From assembly GCA_963693125.1 (NCBI GenBank), contig OY843767.1:2795549-2859548 (forward strand): a stretch of 64,000 nt of DNA, in the 5' to 3' direction. The translations under genes and the position numbers were made by a program. Below are positions 27,343 through 37,534 of the stretch, in pieces (position 1 is the first letter of the stretch; every line of letters starts with the position of its first letter). Under the pieces are notes generated by a model. It was not told where the DNA came from. It made no database searches and saw only the letters and a list, made by a program, of their open reading frames with translations. Origin of the DNA: Pseudomonadales bacterium. GTDB taxonomy: Bacteria; Pseudomonadota; Gammaproteobacteria; Pseudomonadales; Azotimanducaceae.

Positions 27343-28119
27343 CTACGCAGGCTGGTTTGCAGTGGCTTCCGAGATAAACGTGAGGAAGCTGGGTGGTTCA
27401 CCACCGCCGTAGACTTCCAGTGCCGCACCACTCACATAGTCAGCGCCATCCGATGCGAGGTACAAACAGGCATTGGCAATATCCTGCGGGGTGCCCATCC
27501 GGCCGCCAGGCAGGCGCTTCTCCAATCGAGTGATCCCGTCAGGACCCCCGTAGTGGTCGTAAGATGCTTCGGTTTTGATGAGTCCTGCGACTATCGCATT
27601 AACTCGAATGTCGGGACCCCATTCCTGTGCGAGTGAAATGGTTGCGTTAAGCAGGCCTGCCTTCGCGGCGCCATAAGCCATGGTCCCCGGTGAAGAACGA
27701 ATGGCAGAGACACTCGCGATATTAATAATGTTGCCCCGGCTGGCTCTGAGTGTGTTGTAAGCGGCCTGGCTCATTATCAGGGGCGCCAGCAAATTCAACC
27801 TGACAATGGACTCGGTGAATCTGGGAGACGCAGTTGCGGCATCGGCGGGCGGACCACCACCGGCATTGTTAATCAGGGTATCCAGTCGTCCCGCGTTGTC
27901 GATTATCTGTTCTATGATTCTGGCGCCGGCATCGGGGTCCCGGACATCACCTTCGATAAAGGTTGCCTCTCTGTCTTCGAATCTGATGGGTGATTCCGGC
28001 GCGTTTCTGCCACAGATGAACACCCTTGCCTCATTGCTCAGAAAGGACTCGACGATACCCTTGCCGATACCTCTCGTACCGCCGGTTACAAGGACAACCT
28101 GATGTTTTGTGCTGAACAT
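27343..28119 (-). CDS. SDR family oxidoreductase
   Basis: 258-aa ORF with VTGGTRGIGKG and YGAAKAGL. Confidence 0.85.
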   Translation of the reverse strand: MFSTKHQVVLVTGGTRGIGKGIVESFLSNEARVFICGRNAPESPIRFEDREATFIEGDVRDPDAGARIIEQIIDNAGRLDTLINNAGGGPPADAATASPRFTESIVRLNLLAPLIMSQAAYNTLRASRGNIINIASVSAIRSSPGTMAYGAAKAGLLNATISLAQEWGPDIRVNAIVAGLIKTEASYDHYGGPDGITRLEKRLPGGRMGTPQDIANACLYLASDGADYVSGAALEVYGGGEPPSFLTFISEATANQPA

Positions 28120-28294
28120 GGGGCACCTCCATAATTCGTTGTGATTTTGACGGATTCTCTCGTATATGACAATAAAATTGCCGTTATACTATCAATATCC
28201 GCTATTTTTTCCAAAAAAAATACGCAAAAGGGTAGACTGTAGTCCCGATGTATGGAATATTGCAGCTTTGGACACAAGTGCAGAGACCGAACAC

Positions 28295-29458
28295 ATGACA
28301 ACACAGGCAGAGGATACCGCCGCAGCTTCTGTTACCACCATAAATCTGGATGAGTGCAGGGACATCATCACGGCGAGAGCAACGGAAGGCCGTGACAACA
28401 GACAAATCACTGCGGACGTCATGGAAGGGCTGAAAGCATCTGGCTTCATGCGGGCATTATTGCCGGAAAAGTGGGGCGGATTGGAATGCACACCGCAGGA
28501 ATTTTTCGAGGCTCAGATAAGTATTGCTGAGTTGGACATGAGTACGGCCTGGGTGGGAGGCGTTGTTGCCGTTCATGCGTATCAGTTGGCCATCATGAAC
28601 GAAGAGGCACTTAAAGATGTCTATGAAGCCGGCCCCAACACCTGTATTTCGAGTTCCTACAATCCTGTTGGCGGCAAGGCCGAAGTGTGTGAAGGTGGGT
28701 TCAAACTAAGCGGCCAATGGGGTTGGAGTTCCGGTTCCGGGCACTGCTCCTGGGTATTGCTTGGCGCAATTGTCCCCGGAGACGGCTACAGAACATTTCT
28801 GGTGCCCGGAGAAGATTACGAGATTGATGATACCTGGCATGCCTACGGTCTGCAGGCGACCGGGTCGAATGACATTCTCATTAAGAAACCGGTTTTCGTT
28901 CCGGAACACCGTACGCACAAACAGATGGATGGTTTCAATTGCGTTCATCAGCAACCGAACCCGATGTATGGCATCTCCTGGGCCCAGATGTTCATACGGG
29001 TTGTTTCCACGCCTGCAATCGGTGCCGCCAAACATGCGCTGGCGTTATTTACCGGAAATGCGGACAGCAGCAGCACAGACCCAGCCAAGTTGCGGGGGGA
29101 CGCAGATATCGTCCGACGCGTGGCGGAAACCATCAACGATATTGATGAAGTTGAGACCCTATTGTTCCGCAACTATGATGAGATGATGACACTGGTCAGG
29201 TCCGGGCAGCCTGTTCCGCTCGAAGACCGTGTCAAATACAGATACCAGGCCAGCATTGTGATTGATCGAATGGGCGTAGCCGTGGACCGATTGTTTGAAG
29301 TAGCCGGTGGCCGTAGCGTTTTTAATGGTGCGAAGATCCAGGAAACCTGGCGGGATATTCACATCGCACGGGCGCATGTTGCCAACAATCCGACTTCATT
29401 TGCACGCAATCTTGGCGGTATGGCATTGGGTGCTGAAAATAACGACGTCTTCATCTGA
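28295..29458 (+). CDS. hsaA: Acyl-CoA-dehydrogenase-fold flavin-dependent monooxygenase (3-HSA hydroxylase oxygenase-like)
   Basis: Start re-picked at MTTQAEDTAAAS, giving 387 aa. First gene of the hsaD/E/G/F/C operon. ACAD-like fold without a CoA-ester signature. Confidence 0.65.
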   Translation: MTTQAEDTAAASVTTINLDECRDIITARATEGRDNRQITADVMEGLKASGFMRALLPEKWGGLECTPQEFFEAQISIAELDMSTAWVGGVVAVHAYQLAIMNEEALKDVYEAGPNTCISSSYNPVGGKAEVCEGGFKLSGQWGWSSGSGHCSWVLLGAIVPGDGYRTFLVPGEDYEIDDTWHAYGLQATGSNDILIKKPVFVPEHRTHKQMDGFNCVHQQPNPMYGISWAQMFIRVVSTPAIGAAKHALALFTGNADSSSTDPAKLRGDADIVRRVAETINDIDEVETLLFRNYDEMMTLVRSGQPVPLEDRVKYRYQASIVIDRMGVAVDRLFEVAGGRSVFNGAKIQETWRDIHIARAHVANNPTSFARNLGGMALGAENNDVFI

Positions 29459-29472
29459 TTAAGGAACCAAAC

Positions 29473-30309
29473 GTGTCAGTCGGCCCACCCAAAGGAAGTT
29501 TCATTCGTGTTGCGGACCTGGACCTGCACTATCACGACTATCCGGTATCAGGTCCCGCCCCGGAGAAGGGTGTGGTTGTTTTTGTGCATGGCAGCGGTCC
29601 CGGAGCAAGTGGTTACAGCAACTTTAAGAAAAATGTTGCCGCGTTTGTTGAATCAGGCTATCGGGTTATTGTGCCGGACCTCCCCGGGTTTGGTTATTCA
29701 TCGAAACCGACTGATCGCGACTACACCACAGTTTTTTTTAGCGGCGCACTGGTCGGGCTGTTGCGTGGCATCGGCATTGATTCGTGTGCGCTGATCGGGA
29801 ATTCTCTGGGTGGCGCGATAAGCATACGAACCGCGCTGGATTACCCGGAACTGGTTGGCAAACTCGTTCTAATGGCGCCCGGGGGCATGGAGGAACTCGA
29901 AGTCTATATGGCCATGCCGGCTATGGCGAAGATGATCAGTAACTTTGTGGATGGCGCCCTGGACAAAGCGGGACTTGAAAACGTCCTGCAGACGTTGGTC
30001 TATGACCCGGTTCATGTTACGGACGAACTGGTTGAGGAGAGATGGGCGATTCTGGAGAACCAGCCACCGGAGGTGCTGTCACGGATGGTGATTCCCAACA
30101 TGGAGGCGGAACTTCACGCCATTGCGTGTCCCGTGTTGAGTTTCTGGGGTGTTGACGATGAACTGCTTCCCGCAAGTAGCGGATTGAAGATTACCCGCGC
30201 CTGCAAGCCCAGCCGTCATGTGGAATTTTCAGAATGCGGTCACTGGGTCATGGTTGAACGCACGCGTGTGTTTAACGCTATGTGCCTGGACTTTTTGGAC
30301 AATGATTAG
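29473..30309 (+). CDS. hsaD: Meta-cleavage product (C-C bond) hydrolase, alpha/beta fold
   Basis: 278-aa ORF with GTG start. VHGSGPGASG, nucleophile elbow GNSLGG and C-terminal CGHW. Confidence 0.8.
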   Translation: MSVGPPKGSFIRVADLDLHYHDYPVSGPAPEKGVVVFVHGSGPGASGYSNFKKNVAAFVESGYRVIVPDLPGFGYSSKPTDRDYTTVFFSGALVGLLRGIGIDSCALIGNSLGGAISIRTALDYPELVGKLVLMAPGGMEELEVYMAMPAMAKMISNFVDGALDKAGLENVLQTLVYDPVHVTDELVEERWAILENQPPEVLSRMVIPNMEAELHAIACPVLSFWGVDDELLPASSGLKITRACKPSRHVEFSECGHWVMVERTRVFNAMCLDFLDND

Positions 30310-31091
30310 TGCTCTCTGATTCAACGATCAAACAGATTGGTGCGAGCCTGTTCGACTGTCTGCGGAACCAGACTACGATTGCACCCTTGTCCGGGACCTG
30401 GCCGGATATAAGTGTTGACGATGCCTACAATATCTCCCGTGAGTTTGTCGCACTTCGTCTGGCCGATGGAGAAGCCGTTGTCGGCAAAAAAATTGGCGTA
30501 ACCAGCCATGCGGTGCAGAAAATGCTCGGTGTCTATCAGCCAGACTTCGGTTTTCTGACCGATGCGATGCAGGTTGACGGGGGCATCGTTAGAACGGACC
30601 AGTTCATAGCGCCACGTGCGGAGGCGGAAATCGCCTTTCGTCTGAATCAGGATCTCCGGGGACCGGGTGTGACGCCGGAAGATGTGCTGGCGGCGACCGA
30701 ATCAGTGATAGCCTGTTTTGAAATCGTCGATTCCCGCATCTGCAACTGGGAGATAGGGATCGCAGATACTATCGCAGACAATGCCTCCGGCGGTGTTTTT
30801 GTGCTTGCTGACGACGAGGTCTCGCCCCGGGGCCTTAACCTTGCCGGGATGAAGGTAACCGTCGAAAAAAATGGCGGGTTTTTGAGCGAAGGGTTCGGTA
30901 GCGACGTGCAGGGTGCGCCGGAGAATGCGGTGGCCTGGCTGGCAAACACCCTTGGCGAATATGGTATCCCGTTTCATGCGGGTGAAATTGTGTTGTCGGG
31001 GTCTCTGGTGCCGCTGGCGCCGGCTGTCGCCGGTGATCGTTTCAGCATGCACATTGATGGCATTGGCAGTGCCGAAGTGAAATTCGTTTAA
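30309..31091 (+). CDS. hsaE: 2-keto-4-pentenoate (2-hydroxypentadienoate) hydratase
   Basis: 260-aa ORF of the MhpD/FAH-fold hydratase family, placed before the aldehyde dehydrogenase/aldolase pair. Confidence 0.8.
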   Translation: MLSDSTIKQIGASLFDCLRNQTTIAPLSGTWPDISVDDAYNISREFVALRLADGEAVVGKKIGVTSHAVQKMLGVYQPDFGFLTDAMQVDGGIVRTDQFIAPRAEAEIAFRLNQDLRGPGVTPEDVLAATESVIACFEIVDSRICNWEIGIADTIADNASGGVFVLADDEVSPRGLNLAGMKVTVEKNGGFLSEGFGSDVQGAPENAVAWLANTLGEYGIPFHAGEIVLSGSLVPLAPAVAGDRFSMHIDGIGSAEVKFV

Positions 31092-31109
31092 CAAGGGTGC
31101 AGGGTCCGT

Positions 31110-32057
31110 ATGGATAAGGGCAGCAGGGCGGGTTGTGCGATTCTGGGTTCCGGCAACATCGGGACCGATCTCATGATCAAAATTCAGGAGACGTCAAAGC
31201 TTCTTGATCTGAAGCTCCTCGTCGGTATTGAGGCGTCTTCTGAAGGGTTGGCGCTTGCAAAAAAGCGAAGTGTTGCGACCACCGACCAGGGTATTGAGGG
31301 CGCCAGGCAACTGGCTGACTGGCAGGCTGTCGATATTGTCTTTGATGCGACCTCGGCGGGCGCACATACCCGGCACAATGACATTTGCCAGGCAGACGGG
31401 AAGCAGATGGTTGACCTGACCCCCGCAGCAATCGGCCCCTATTGTGTGCCGGTAGTCAACATGGAGGATCATCTGCATGAACCCAATGTCAACATGGTGA
31501 CCTGCGGAGGTCAGGCAACTATTCCAATGGTTGCTGCGGTAAAAAGCGTATCGGAACGTCTGCCTTATGCGGAGATCGTTGCATCGGTTGCATCCAGAAG
31601 TGCGGGACCCGGTACGCGGGCGAACATTGATGAGTTCACGGAAACAACTGCCAGGGGCATTGAGGTTATCGGCGGTGCGGAGAGGGGTAAGGCCATCATC
31701 GTGCTTAACCCCGCCGAGCCACCGATGATCATGCGCGACACAGTGTATACCCTGTCTATCGGCGCTGAACCGGCAGTCATTGAATCAGCCGTGAAAGACA
31801 TGGTGGAAAGGGTTCAGTCCTATGTGCCGGGTTACCGACTGAAACAGGAAGTCCAGTTTGAGAGATTCGGTAGCAATGACAAATTGCGAATACCCGGCAT
31901 GGGTGAATACGAAGGGATCAAGTCAGCGATTTTTCTGGAAGTAGAGGGCGCGGGGCACTATTTGCCAGGGTACGCGGGCAATCTGGATATTATGACTTCG
32001 GCCGCATTGAGCACCGCTGAACGGATAGCTGCGTTGAAGTTTGGGGTTGCAGCGTGA
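31110..32057 (+). CDS. hsaG: Acetaldehyde/propanal dehydrogenase (acylating)
   Basis: 315-aa ORF with [11 protein letters not shown] and [10 protein letters not shown], typical of DmpF/MhpF. Confidence 0.85.
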   Translation: MDKGSRAGCAILGSGNIGTDLMIKIQETSKLLDLKLLVGIEASSEGLALAKKRSVATTDQGIEGARQLADWQAVDIVFDATSAGAHTRHNDICQADGKQMVDLTPAAIGPYCVPVVNMEDHLHEPNVNMVTCGGQATIPMVAAVKSVSERLPYAEIVASVASRSAGPGTRANIDEFTETTARGIEVIGGAERGKAIIVLNPAEPPMIMRDTVYTLSIGAEPAVIESAVKDMVERVQSYVPGYRLKQEVQFERFGSNDKLRIPGMGEYEGIKSAIFLEVEGAGHYLPGYAGNLDIMTSAALSTAERIAALKFGVAA

Positions 32058-33100
32058 AAATTACCGACCCTGCCACACAAAAACTCTACATCCAGGACGT
32101 CACACTAAGAGATGGCATGCACGCCATTCGGCATCTATACACGATTGACCAGGTGCGCGACATTGCCAGGGCGTTAGATGAGGCTGGCGTTGATGCCATA
32201 GAAATTGCTCACGGTGACGGTTTGAACGGTAGCAGTTTCAACTATGGTTTTGGCGCACACACTGACTGGGAGTGGATAGAGGCAGTCGCTGATGTGGTTG
32301 AAAATGCCGTTGTAACCACTTTGATCCTGCCGGGTATAGCAACCCGGGACGAACTCAGGCGTGCTTATGATGCCGGTGTTCGATCGGTGCGGGTTGCAAC
32401 TCACTGCACCGAAGCGGACGTTGCCAGGCAGCATATTGAAATTGCCCGCGAACTGGGCATGGACACCATTGGCTTTCTTATGATGAGCCATATGATCGAA
32501 GCGGATCAACTCGCACAGCAAGCGAAGCTCATGGAGTCCTTCGGTGCCCGGTGTGTCTATGTTACGGACTCGGGTGGGGCGCTCGATATGGATGGTTACA
32601 AAGAACGCCTGGAAGCGTATGACAGGGTGCTTTCTGAAGATACGGAAAGGGGTGTCCATGCGCATCACAACCTGTCACTCGGCGTTGCGAATTCAATCAT
32701 TGCCGTACAGGCGGGAGCGCGAAGGGTTGATGCCTCACTCGCAGGGATGGGTGCGGGCGCGGGAAACGCACCACTTGAGGTGTTTATTGCGGCTGCCGAA
32801 CGAAAGGGCTGGTCTCACGGCTGTGACCTTTACAGGTTGATGGACGCAGCAGAGGAATTGGTTCGCCCCATACAGGACCGACCCGTCCGCGTGGACCGCG
32901 AAACCTTGTCTCTTGGCTATGCCGGCGTTTATTCTTCTTTTTTGAGGCATGCGGAAAAAGCGGCGGAGGAATACGGGCTGGACGTCAGGGAAATACTGGT
33001 TGAACTGGGTGATCGAAGAATGGTGGGTGGTCAGGAAGACATGATTGTCGATGTTGCGCTGGACCTTTTGCAACAAAAAGAAGCGGATGGAGGTGGCTGA
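32054..33100 (+). CDS. hsaF: 4-hydroxy-2-oxoacid aldolase
   Basis: 348-aa ORF with [10 protein letters not shown] and [12 protein letters not shown], typical of DmpG/MhpE. 4-nt overlap with the dehydrogenase gene. Confidence 0.85.
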   Translation: MKITDPATQKLYIQDVTLRDGMHAIRHLYTIDQVRDIARALDEAGVDAIEIAHGDGLNGSSFNYGFGAHTDWEWIEAVADVVENAVVTTLILPGIATRDELRRAYDAGVRSVRVATHCTEADVARQHIEIARELGMDTIGFLMMSHMIEADQLAQQAKLMESFGARCVYVTDSGGALDMDGYKERLEAYDRVLSEDTERGVHAHHNLSLGVANSIIAVQAGARRVDASLAGMGAGAGNAPLEVFIAAAERKGWSHGCDLYRLMDAAEELVRPIQDRPVRVDRETLSLGYAGVYSSFLRHAEKAAEEYGLDVREILVELGDRRMVGGQEDMIVDVALDLLQQKEADGGG

Positions 33101-33978
33101 TGGTGGCAGAATCGCTGGGATACGTACGAATTGGTATGCGGGAGCCGCAACTCTGGGCGGAGGTTGGTGAAAATGTCCTTGGTTTTGAGTCGAAGGTGCT
33201 GACCGATGGGAGTGTGATACTGAAAATGGACGACGCGCCATTTCGATATCTGATTGAATCTGCGGATCAGGACGGGTTCATCGCAGCCGGTTGGCAGTTC
33301 TCGGAACAGGGCTATGGCGAAATAGTGGATCGATTCGCAGGCTCGGCTATTGAACACCATCAGGGCAGCCGCGAGGAATGTGAGAAACGTCAGGTCGCAG
33401 CGTTTATTCGCGCTTCAGACCCGTCCGGAAATGTATTCGAGGTATACCACGGTCGATCTGGTGCCAGTCCGTTTACCGCCCCTCTGGGAATAAACTATAT
33501 CGCAGGTGATCTGGGATTGGGGCATGTCGTTCTGCCCGCGCCTGAGCATGACGCGACCTGTGAGTTTTACCAAAGCCAGGTCGGTTTTGCCGCCAGTGAT
33601 GAGCTGACCCTGCCACCACCCGCTGATGGATTTCCGGAGATGAAGATCCATTTTTATCATGCCGCCAATCCTCGTCATCACAGTCTCGCGCTCTTTAACG
33701 GCCCCGCCCCCTCGGGGGTTGTACATCTGATGACAGAAATGCGTTCAATTGATGAAGTGGGTGCCTGTCTGGACCGGGTGAACCATGCCGGCCTGCCTGT
33801 CACCGCTTCAATGGGGCGGCATGTCAATGACGGGATGTTGTCCTTTTACTTCCTGGCACCTGGCGGCATTCCCATGGAAGTGGGTTGCGATGGTCTTCAG
33901 TTTGACTGGAGTGAGTTCACGCCGACCCAGAGTACGGTGGGTGATTATTGGGGCCACGTCTATAACTTCCCGGAGTAA
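33100..33978 (+). CDS. hsaC: Extradiol (type I, two-domain VOC) dioxygenase
   Basis: 292-aa ORF with the LGYVRIG start typical of BphC/HsaC. HVVL, HHSLAL and FLAPGGIPMEV present. Confidence 0.75.
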   Translation: MVAESLGYVRIGMREPQLWAEVGENVLGFESKVLTDGSVILKMDDAPFRYLIESADQDGFIAAGWQFSEQGYGEIVDRFAGSAIEHHQGSREECEKRQVAAFIRASDPSGNVFEVYHGRSGASPFTAPLGINYIAGDLGLGHVVLPAPEHDATCEFYQSQVGFAASDELTLPPPADGFPEMKIHFYHAANPRHHSLALFNGPAPSGVVHLMTEMRSIDEVGACLDRVNHAGLPVTASMGRHVNDGMLSFYFLAPGGIPMEVGCDGLQFDWSEFTPTQSTVGDYWGHVYNFPE

Positions 33979-33982
33979 CCCT

Positions 33983-34861
33983 ATGATCGACAAAACCTGT
34001 GTGGTCCGGGACATTGCAGATCAGATAGAAAGCGGCATGACCATCGGGATAGGCGGCTGGGGGGCGCGTCGCAAACCCATGGCGTTTATCAGAGAACTCA
34101 TTCAAAGGGATGTAAAGGACCTGACGGTGCTGAGCTATGGGGGCCCGGATGTTGGCATGCTGGCGGCTACGGGGAAAATCAGCAGGCTGGTGTTCGGTTT
34201 TGTTTCCATGGATCTGGTGCCACTTGAGGGACACTTCCGGCAGGCAAGGCAGTCCGGCACCCTGGAGGTTGTCGAACTGGATGAAGGCATGTTTCAGCTT
34301 GGCCTGAAAGCGGCGGCTGCCAGATTGCCGTTTCTGCCCACCCGGGTTGGTTTCGGCTCTGACGTTCTCACGACCAATCCTGACATTAAGACGATCAGTT
34401 CCCCCTATGCGGACGGTGAAGAGCTGGTGGCGATGCCCGCCCTGAAGCCCGATGTCGCCGTTTGCCATGTCAACGAAGCCGATGTGCTGGGTAACTCCCG
34501 GATTTCAGGCCCTGACCCGTTTTTTGATGAGTGGTTTTGTCGGGCTGCTGATGTTGCATACCTGACCTGCGAGGAAATTGTACCGACTGATGCCTTTAAC
34601 GACCCCCTGATTGCCTTGCAGATGCCCATCGAACGCAATCTGGTGTCAGGCGTTGCTCAGGTTCCTTGTGGCGCTCACCCAACATCTTGTGGCCCGGACT
34701 ACGGAATGGATGTGCCGCATCTGCAGAAATATAACAGTGTCGCGAAGGAAGGGTGGCATACCTATCTGGAGGAACACGTCACCGGTAAGGATCTTTCAGC
34801 CTATGTCGAATCGGTTGGTGGTGAGCGGGCAATCCGTGCGCTGCCACTGCCGGTATTTTAG
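33983..34861 (+). CDS. ipdA: CoA-transferase family I subunit A (HIP ring-cleavage IpdA-like)
   Basis: Start re-picked at MIDKTCVV, giving 292 aa. GMTIGIGGWG present. The ORF-track extension overlaps hsaC. Confidence 0.7.
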   Translation: MIDKTCVVRDIADQIESGMTIGIGGWGARRKPMAFIRELIQRDVKDLTVLSYGGPDVGMLAATGKISRLVFGFVSMDLVPLEGHFRQARQSGTLEVVELDEGMFQLGLKAAAARLPFLPTRVGFGSDVLTTNPDIKTISSPYADGEELVAMPALKPDVAVCHVNEADVLGNSRISGPDPFFDEWFCRAADVAYLTCEEIVPTDAFNDPLIALQMPIERNLVSGVAQVPCGAHPTSCGPDYGMDVPHLQKYNSVAKEGWHTYLEEHVTGKDLSAYVESVGGERAIRALPLPVF

Positions 34862-34869
34862 GAGGCGCT

Positions 34870-35658
34870 ATGAGCTATTCTCTGGCTGAGTTGTGTATTT
34901 GTGCTTCTGCTGAAGCCTTTCGCGGTGACGGTGAATATATGGTGACCAGTATCGGGCTGGTACCCCGTTTGGCGGCGTCCCTTGCCAGGTCAACCTTTGA
35001 ACCCGGTTTGATGATGACCGAAGGTGAGGCGTACCTGGTTTCGGAGCCGGTGCCTGTCGGACCTCGCGGAGATTACCGCCCGAAAATTGAAGGGCTGATG
35101 ACCTATGAACGAGTCTTCGACATCGTTAACAAGGGTAAACGACATGCCATGGTGACACCGGTTCAGATTGACCGGTTTGGCCAAATGAACATTTCGATTG
35201 TGGGTGACTATGATAAACCAAAGACTGCGCTGTTAGGCGTGCGGGGGTATCCGGGTAATACGATTAACAATTCAAATAGCATGTTTGTGCCGAGTCACGA
35301 CACTCGCACCTTTGTCTCCGGTGAAGTGGACATGGTTGGTGGTATTGGTTACAACCCGGCCCGCTGGCCCGGGGGCAGGAAACCGCCATTTCTTGATCTG
35401 AGAAGAATTGTATCGAACCTGGCGGTGATGGATTTCGGCGGTTCTGATCACGGGATTCGGGTAATCAGCCTTCACCCGGGTGTGACATTGGCGCAGGTAA
35501 GGGAAAATACCGGGTTTGAACTGCAGTGCGTTGATAGTCCGGGCACCACACGACCACCAACAGAAGAGCAGTTGGCGGTTATTGCGCGTCTTGATCCACA
35601 CGACCTGCGGGCGACCATCTTCAAGGGTAACCCGTCCGGCGAACCCGGACAGGCATGA
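34870..35658 (+). CDS. ipdB: CoA-transferase subunit B (IpdB-like)
   Basis: 262-aa ORF adjacent to subunit A. Confidence 0.7.
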   Translation: MSYSLAELCICASAEAFRGDGEYMVTSIGLVPRLAASLARSTFEPGLMMTEGEAYLVSEPVPVGPRGDYRPKIEGLMTYERVFDIVNKGKRHAMVTPVQIDRFGQMNISIVGDYDKPKTALLGVRGYPGNTINNSNSMFVPSHDTRTFVSGEVDMVGGIGYNPARWPGGRKPPFLDLRRIVSNLAVMDFGGSDHGIRVISLHPGVTLAQVRENTGFELQCVDSPGTTRPPTEEQLAVIARLDPHDLRATIFKGNPSGEPGQA

Positions 35659-36743
35659 TGTCGGCATTTCAGACACCGCTTACCCTGGCTCTTGGCAGCC
35701 GTTACCCGATCATCCAGACGGCGATGGGTTGGGTTGCGACCGCAGAACTGGTGACCGCATCAATCAATGCGGGCGCGTTTGGGTTTCTTGCAGCCGCAGT
35801 CATGACACCGGAAGAATGCGAGCGATCCATCCGTCAAATCAAGAGTTCGAGCGCCGGGCCATTTGGTGTCAACTTCCATTCGTTTCAGGGGGGTGTCGAG
35901 CAGATTGTAGACATCTGCATCGAACATGAAGTGGCGGCTATCTCCTATGGCCGGGCACCCTCGGCAAAGATTATTGAGCGAGTGAAGCGTCAGGGAATCA
36001 GGTGTGTTCCTACCATCGGTGCGGCGAAGCATGCGAAGAAAGCAGTCGACCTGGGTGCGGATGTTCTGGTGTGCCAGGGGCGGGAAGGTGGCGGCCACAC
36101 GGGTGAAACGCCGACCTGGCTGCTACTGGCGGAAGTTCTGGACATGGACCCGGGTGTGCCGGTTGTTGCCTGCGGCGGTTTCAAAGACGGGCGTGGACTC
36201 GCGGCGGCGCTGACCTTTGGCGCAGATGGCATAGCGATGGGCACACGGTTTCTTTTGACATCAGACAGCCCGACCCCCATGGCGACGAAGCAGGCATATC
36301 TCGATTCAGTCGTAACCGGTATCCCGGTTTCCAGCAAACTCGACGGCCTGCCGCAACGGATGATTATGAATGATCGACTACGCCGACTTGAAGAGGCCGG
36401 TTGGTTTGCCATGCTGGCACAGGCGCTGATTAGCGGTTGGCGTTTCAAGAACGAGATGCAAATGTCTTACGTTGAAATTATCCGGTCGGCAATCGCGATG
36501 GCCAGGAACACAGAGATGACGGTTGGTCAGACCATGATGGCGGCAAACTCGCCGATGATTATCCGGGAGTCGATGGTCAGGGGAAACCCCGGGGAGGGTG
36601 TGTTGCCGAGTGGTCAGGTGGCGGGAACGATAAGCGACCTGCCGGATTGTGAAGCGCTGGTGGCGGCTATCATTCAAGAAGCGGAGTCAGCCATTCGTGA
36701 TCTGATGAATCGAAACAAAACCGGAGTTCAATATGCCGTTTGA
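35655..36743 (+). CDS. ipdC: Nitronate monooxygenase-family FMN oxidoreductase (IpdC-like enoyl reductase)
   Basis: 362-aa ORF with YPIIQTAMGWV and QGREGGGHTG. 4-nt overlap with ipdB. Confidence 0.7.
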   Translation: MMSAFQTPLTLALGSRYPIIQTAMGWVATAELVTASINAGAFGFLAAAVMTPEECERSIRQIKSSSAGPFGVNFHSFQGGVEQIVDICIEHEVAAISYGRAPSAKIIERVKRQGIRCVPTIGAAKHAKKAVDLGADVLVCQGREGGGHTGETPTWLLLAEVLDMDPGVPVVACGGFKDGRGLAAALTFGADGIAMGTRFLLTSDSPTPMATKQAYLDSVVTGIPVSSKLDGLPQRMIMNDRLRRLEEAGWFAMLAQALISGWRFKNEMQMSYVEIIRSAIAMARNTEMTVGQTMMAANSPMIIRESMVRGNPGEGVLPSGQVAGTISDLPDCEALVAAIIQEAESAIRDLMNRNKTGVQYAV

Positions 36744-37488
36744 AGTGTCAATACGAAGCAGGGTTGCGGAACTGGTGTTCAACCATCCACCTGTCAATGC
36801 TTTTAGTGGCGCAATGTGGCTTGAACTGCCGGAGCTGGTGACGTCGCTTGGCAACAATCAGGAGGTCCGATGCGTGTTGATTCGGGCGGAAGGCAAAGGC
36901 TTTTGCGCGGGCGTGGATATTAAGGAACTTGCGGAAAATGCCAATGCCATTGTGGAAGTTAACAAGGGCAACTTTCTGACTTTCAAGGCGATTCATGATT
37001 GCGAGATTCCCGTGGTGTGTGCACCTCATGGTTTTGTTTTGGGCGGTGGAATCGGCGTTTGCGGGGCCGCTGACGCTGTCATTGCCGCAGACAATGCCTA
37101 CTTCGCCCTGCCGGAGATTGATCGGGGAGCCATGGGTGGTGCGTCGCACATGCAGCGCATGTTCCCTCATGCAAAGGTTCGCGCTGCGTTTCTAACAGGC
37201 GGGCGGATTACAGCGCAGCAGGCCCGGGACCTGGGTGGTATTGAGCAGGTCCTGCCCCTGGCGGATCATCTGGATGCGGCACGAGAATTTGCCGCGTTGA
37301 TTGCATCGAAATCCCGGGACGCTTTGCGGATTGCAAAGCAGGCGCTCAATGGCATTGAGTCGTTTGATGTTGACAAGAGCTACCGCTGGGAGCAGGGCTT
37401 TACCTTTGAGATGTACATGCACGAAGACAGCCAGTCTGCCCGTGATGCCTTCGTTGAAACAGGTGATGCTGCAAAATTTGATGAATGA
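36733..37488 (+). CDS. echA20: Enoyl-CoA hydratase/isomerase (crotonase) family
   Basis: 251-aa ORF with GKGFCAGVDIKE. Synteny with ipdABC. Confidence 0.65.
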   Translation: MPFEVSIRSRVAELVFNHPPVNAFSGAMWLELPELVTSLGNNQEVRCVLIRAEGKGFCAGVDIKELAENANAIVEVNKGNFLTFKAIHDCEIPVVCAPHGFVLGGGIGVCGAADAVIAADNAYFALPEIDRGAMGGASHMQRMFPHAKVRAAFLTGGRITAQQARDLGGIEQVLPLADHLDAAREFAALIASKSRDALRIAKQALNGIESFDVDKSYRWEQGFTFEMYMHEDSQSARDAFVETGDAAKFDE

Positions 37489-37534
37489 GGCAGCCGTCAG
37501 GCTCACAAATGAAATGAGTTAAGAGGAAAATATC

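Noticed and set aside
33785-33982. Long N-terminal extensions in the ORF track, for example ipdA from 33785, kshA from 20034, the MFS gene from 45811, hsaA from 28166, the SDR from 21507 and chaC from 59281.
   Set aside because: The extensions overlap neighbouring genes and lack family similarity. Internal ATG or GTG codons give lengths typical of each family, several with visible Shine-Dalgarno sequences.
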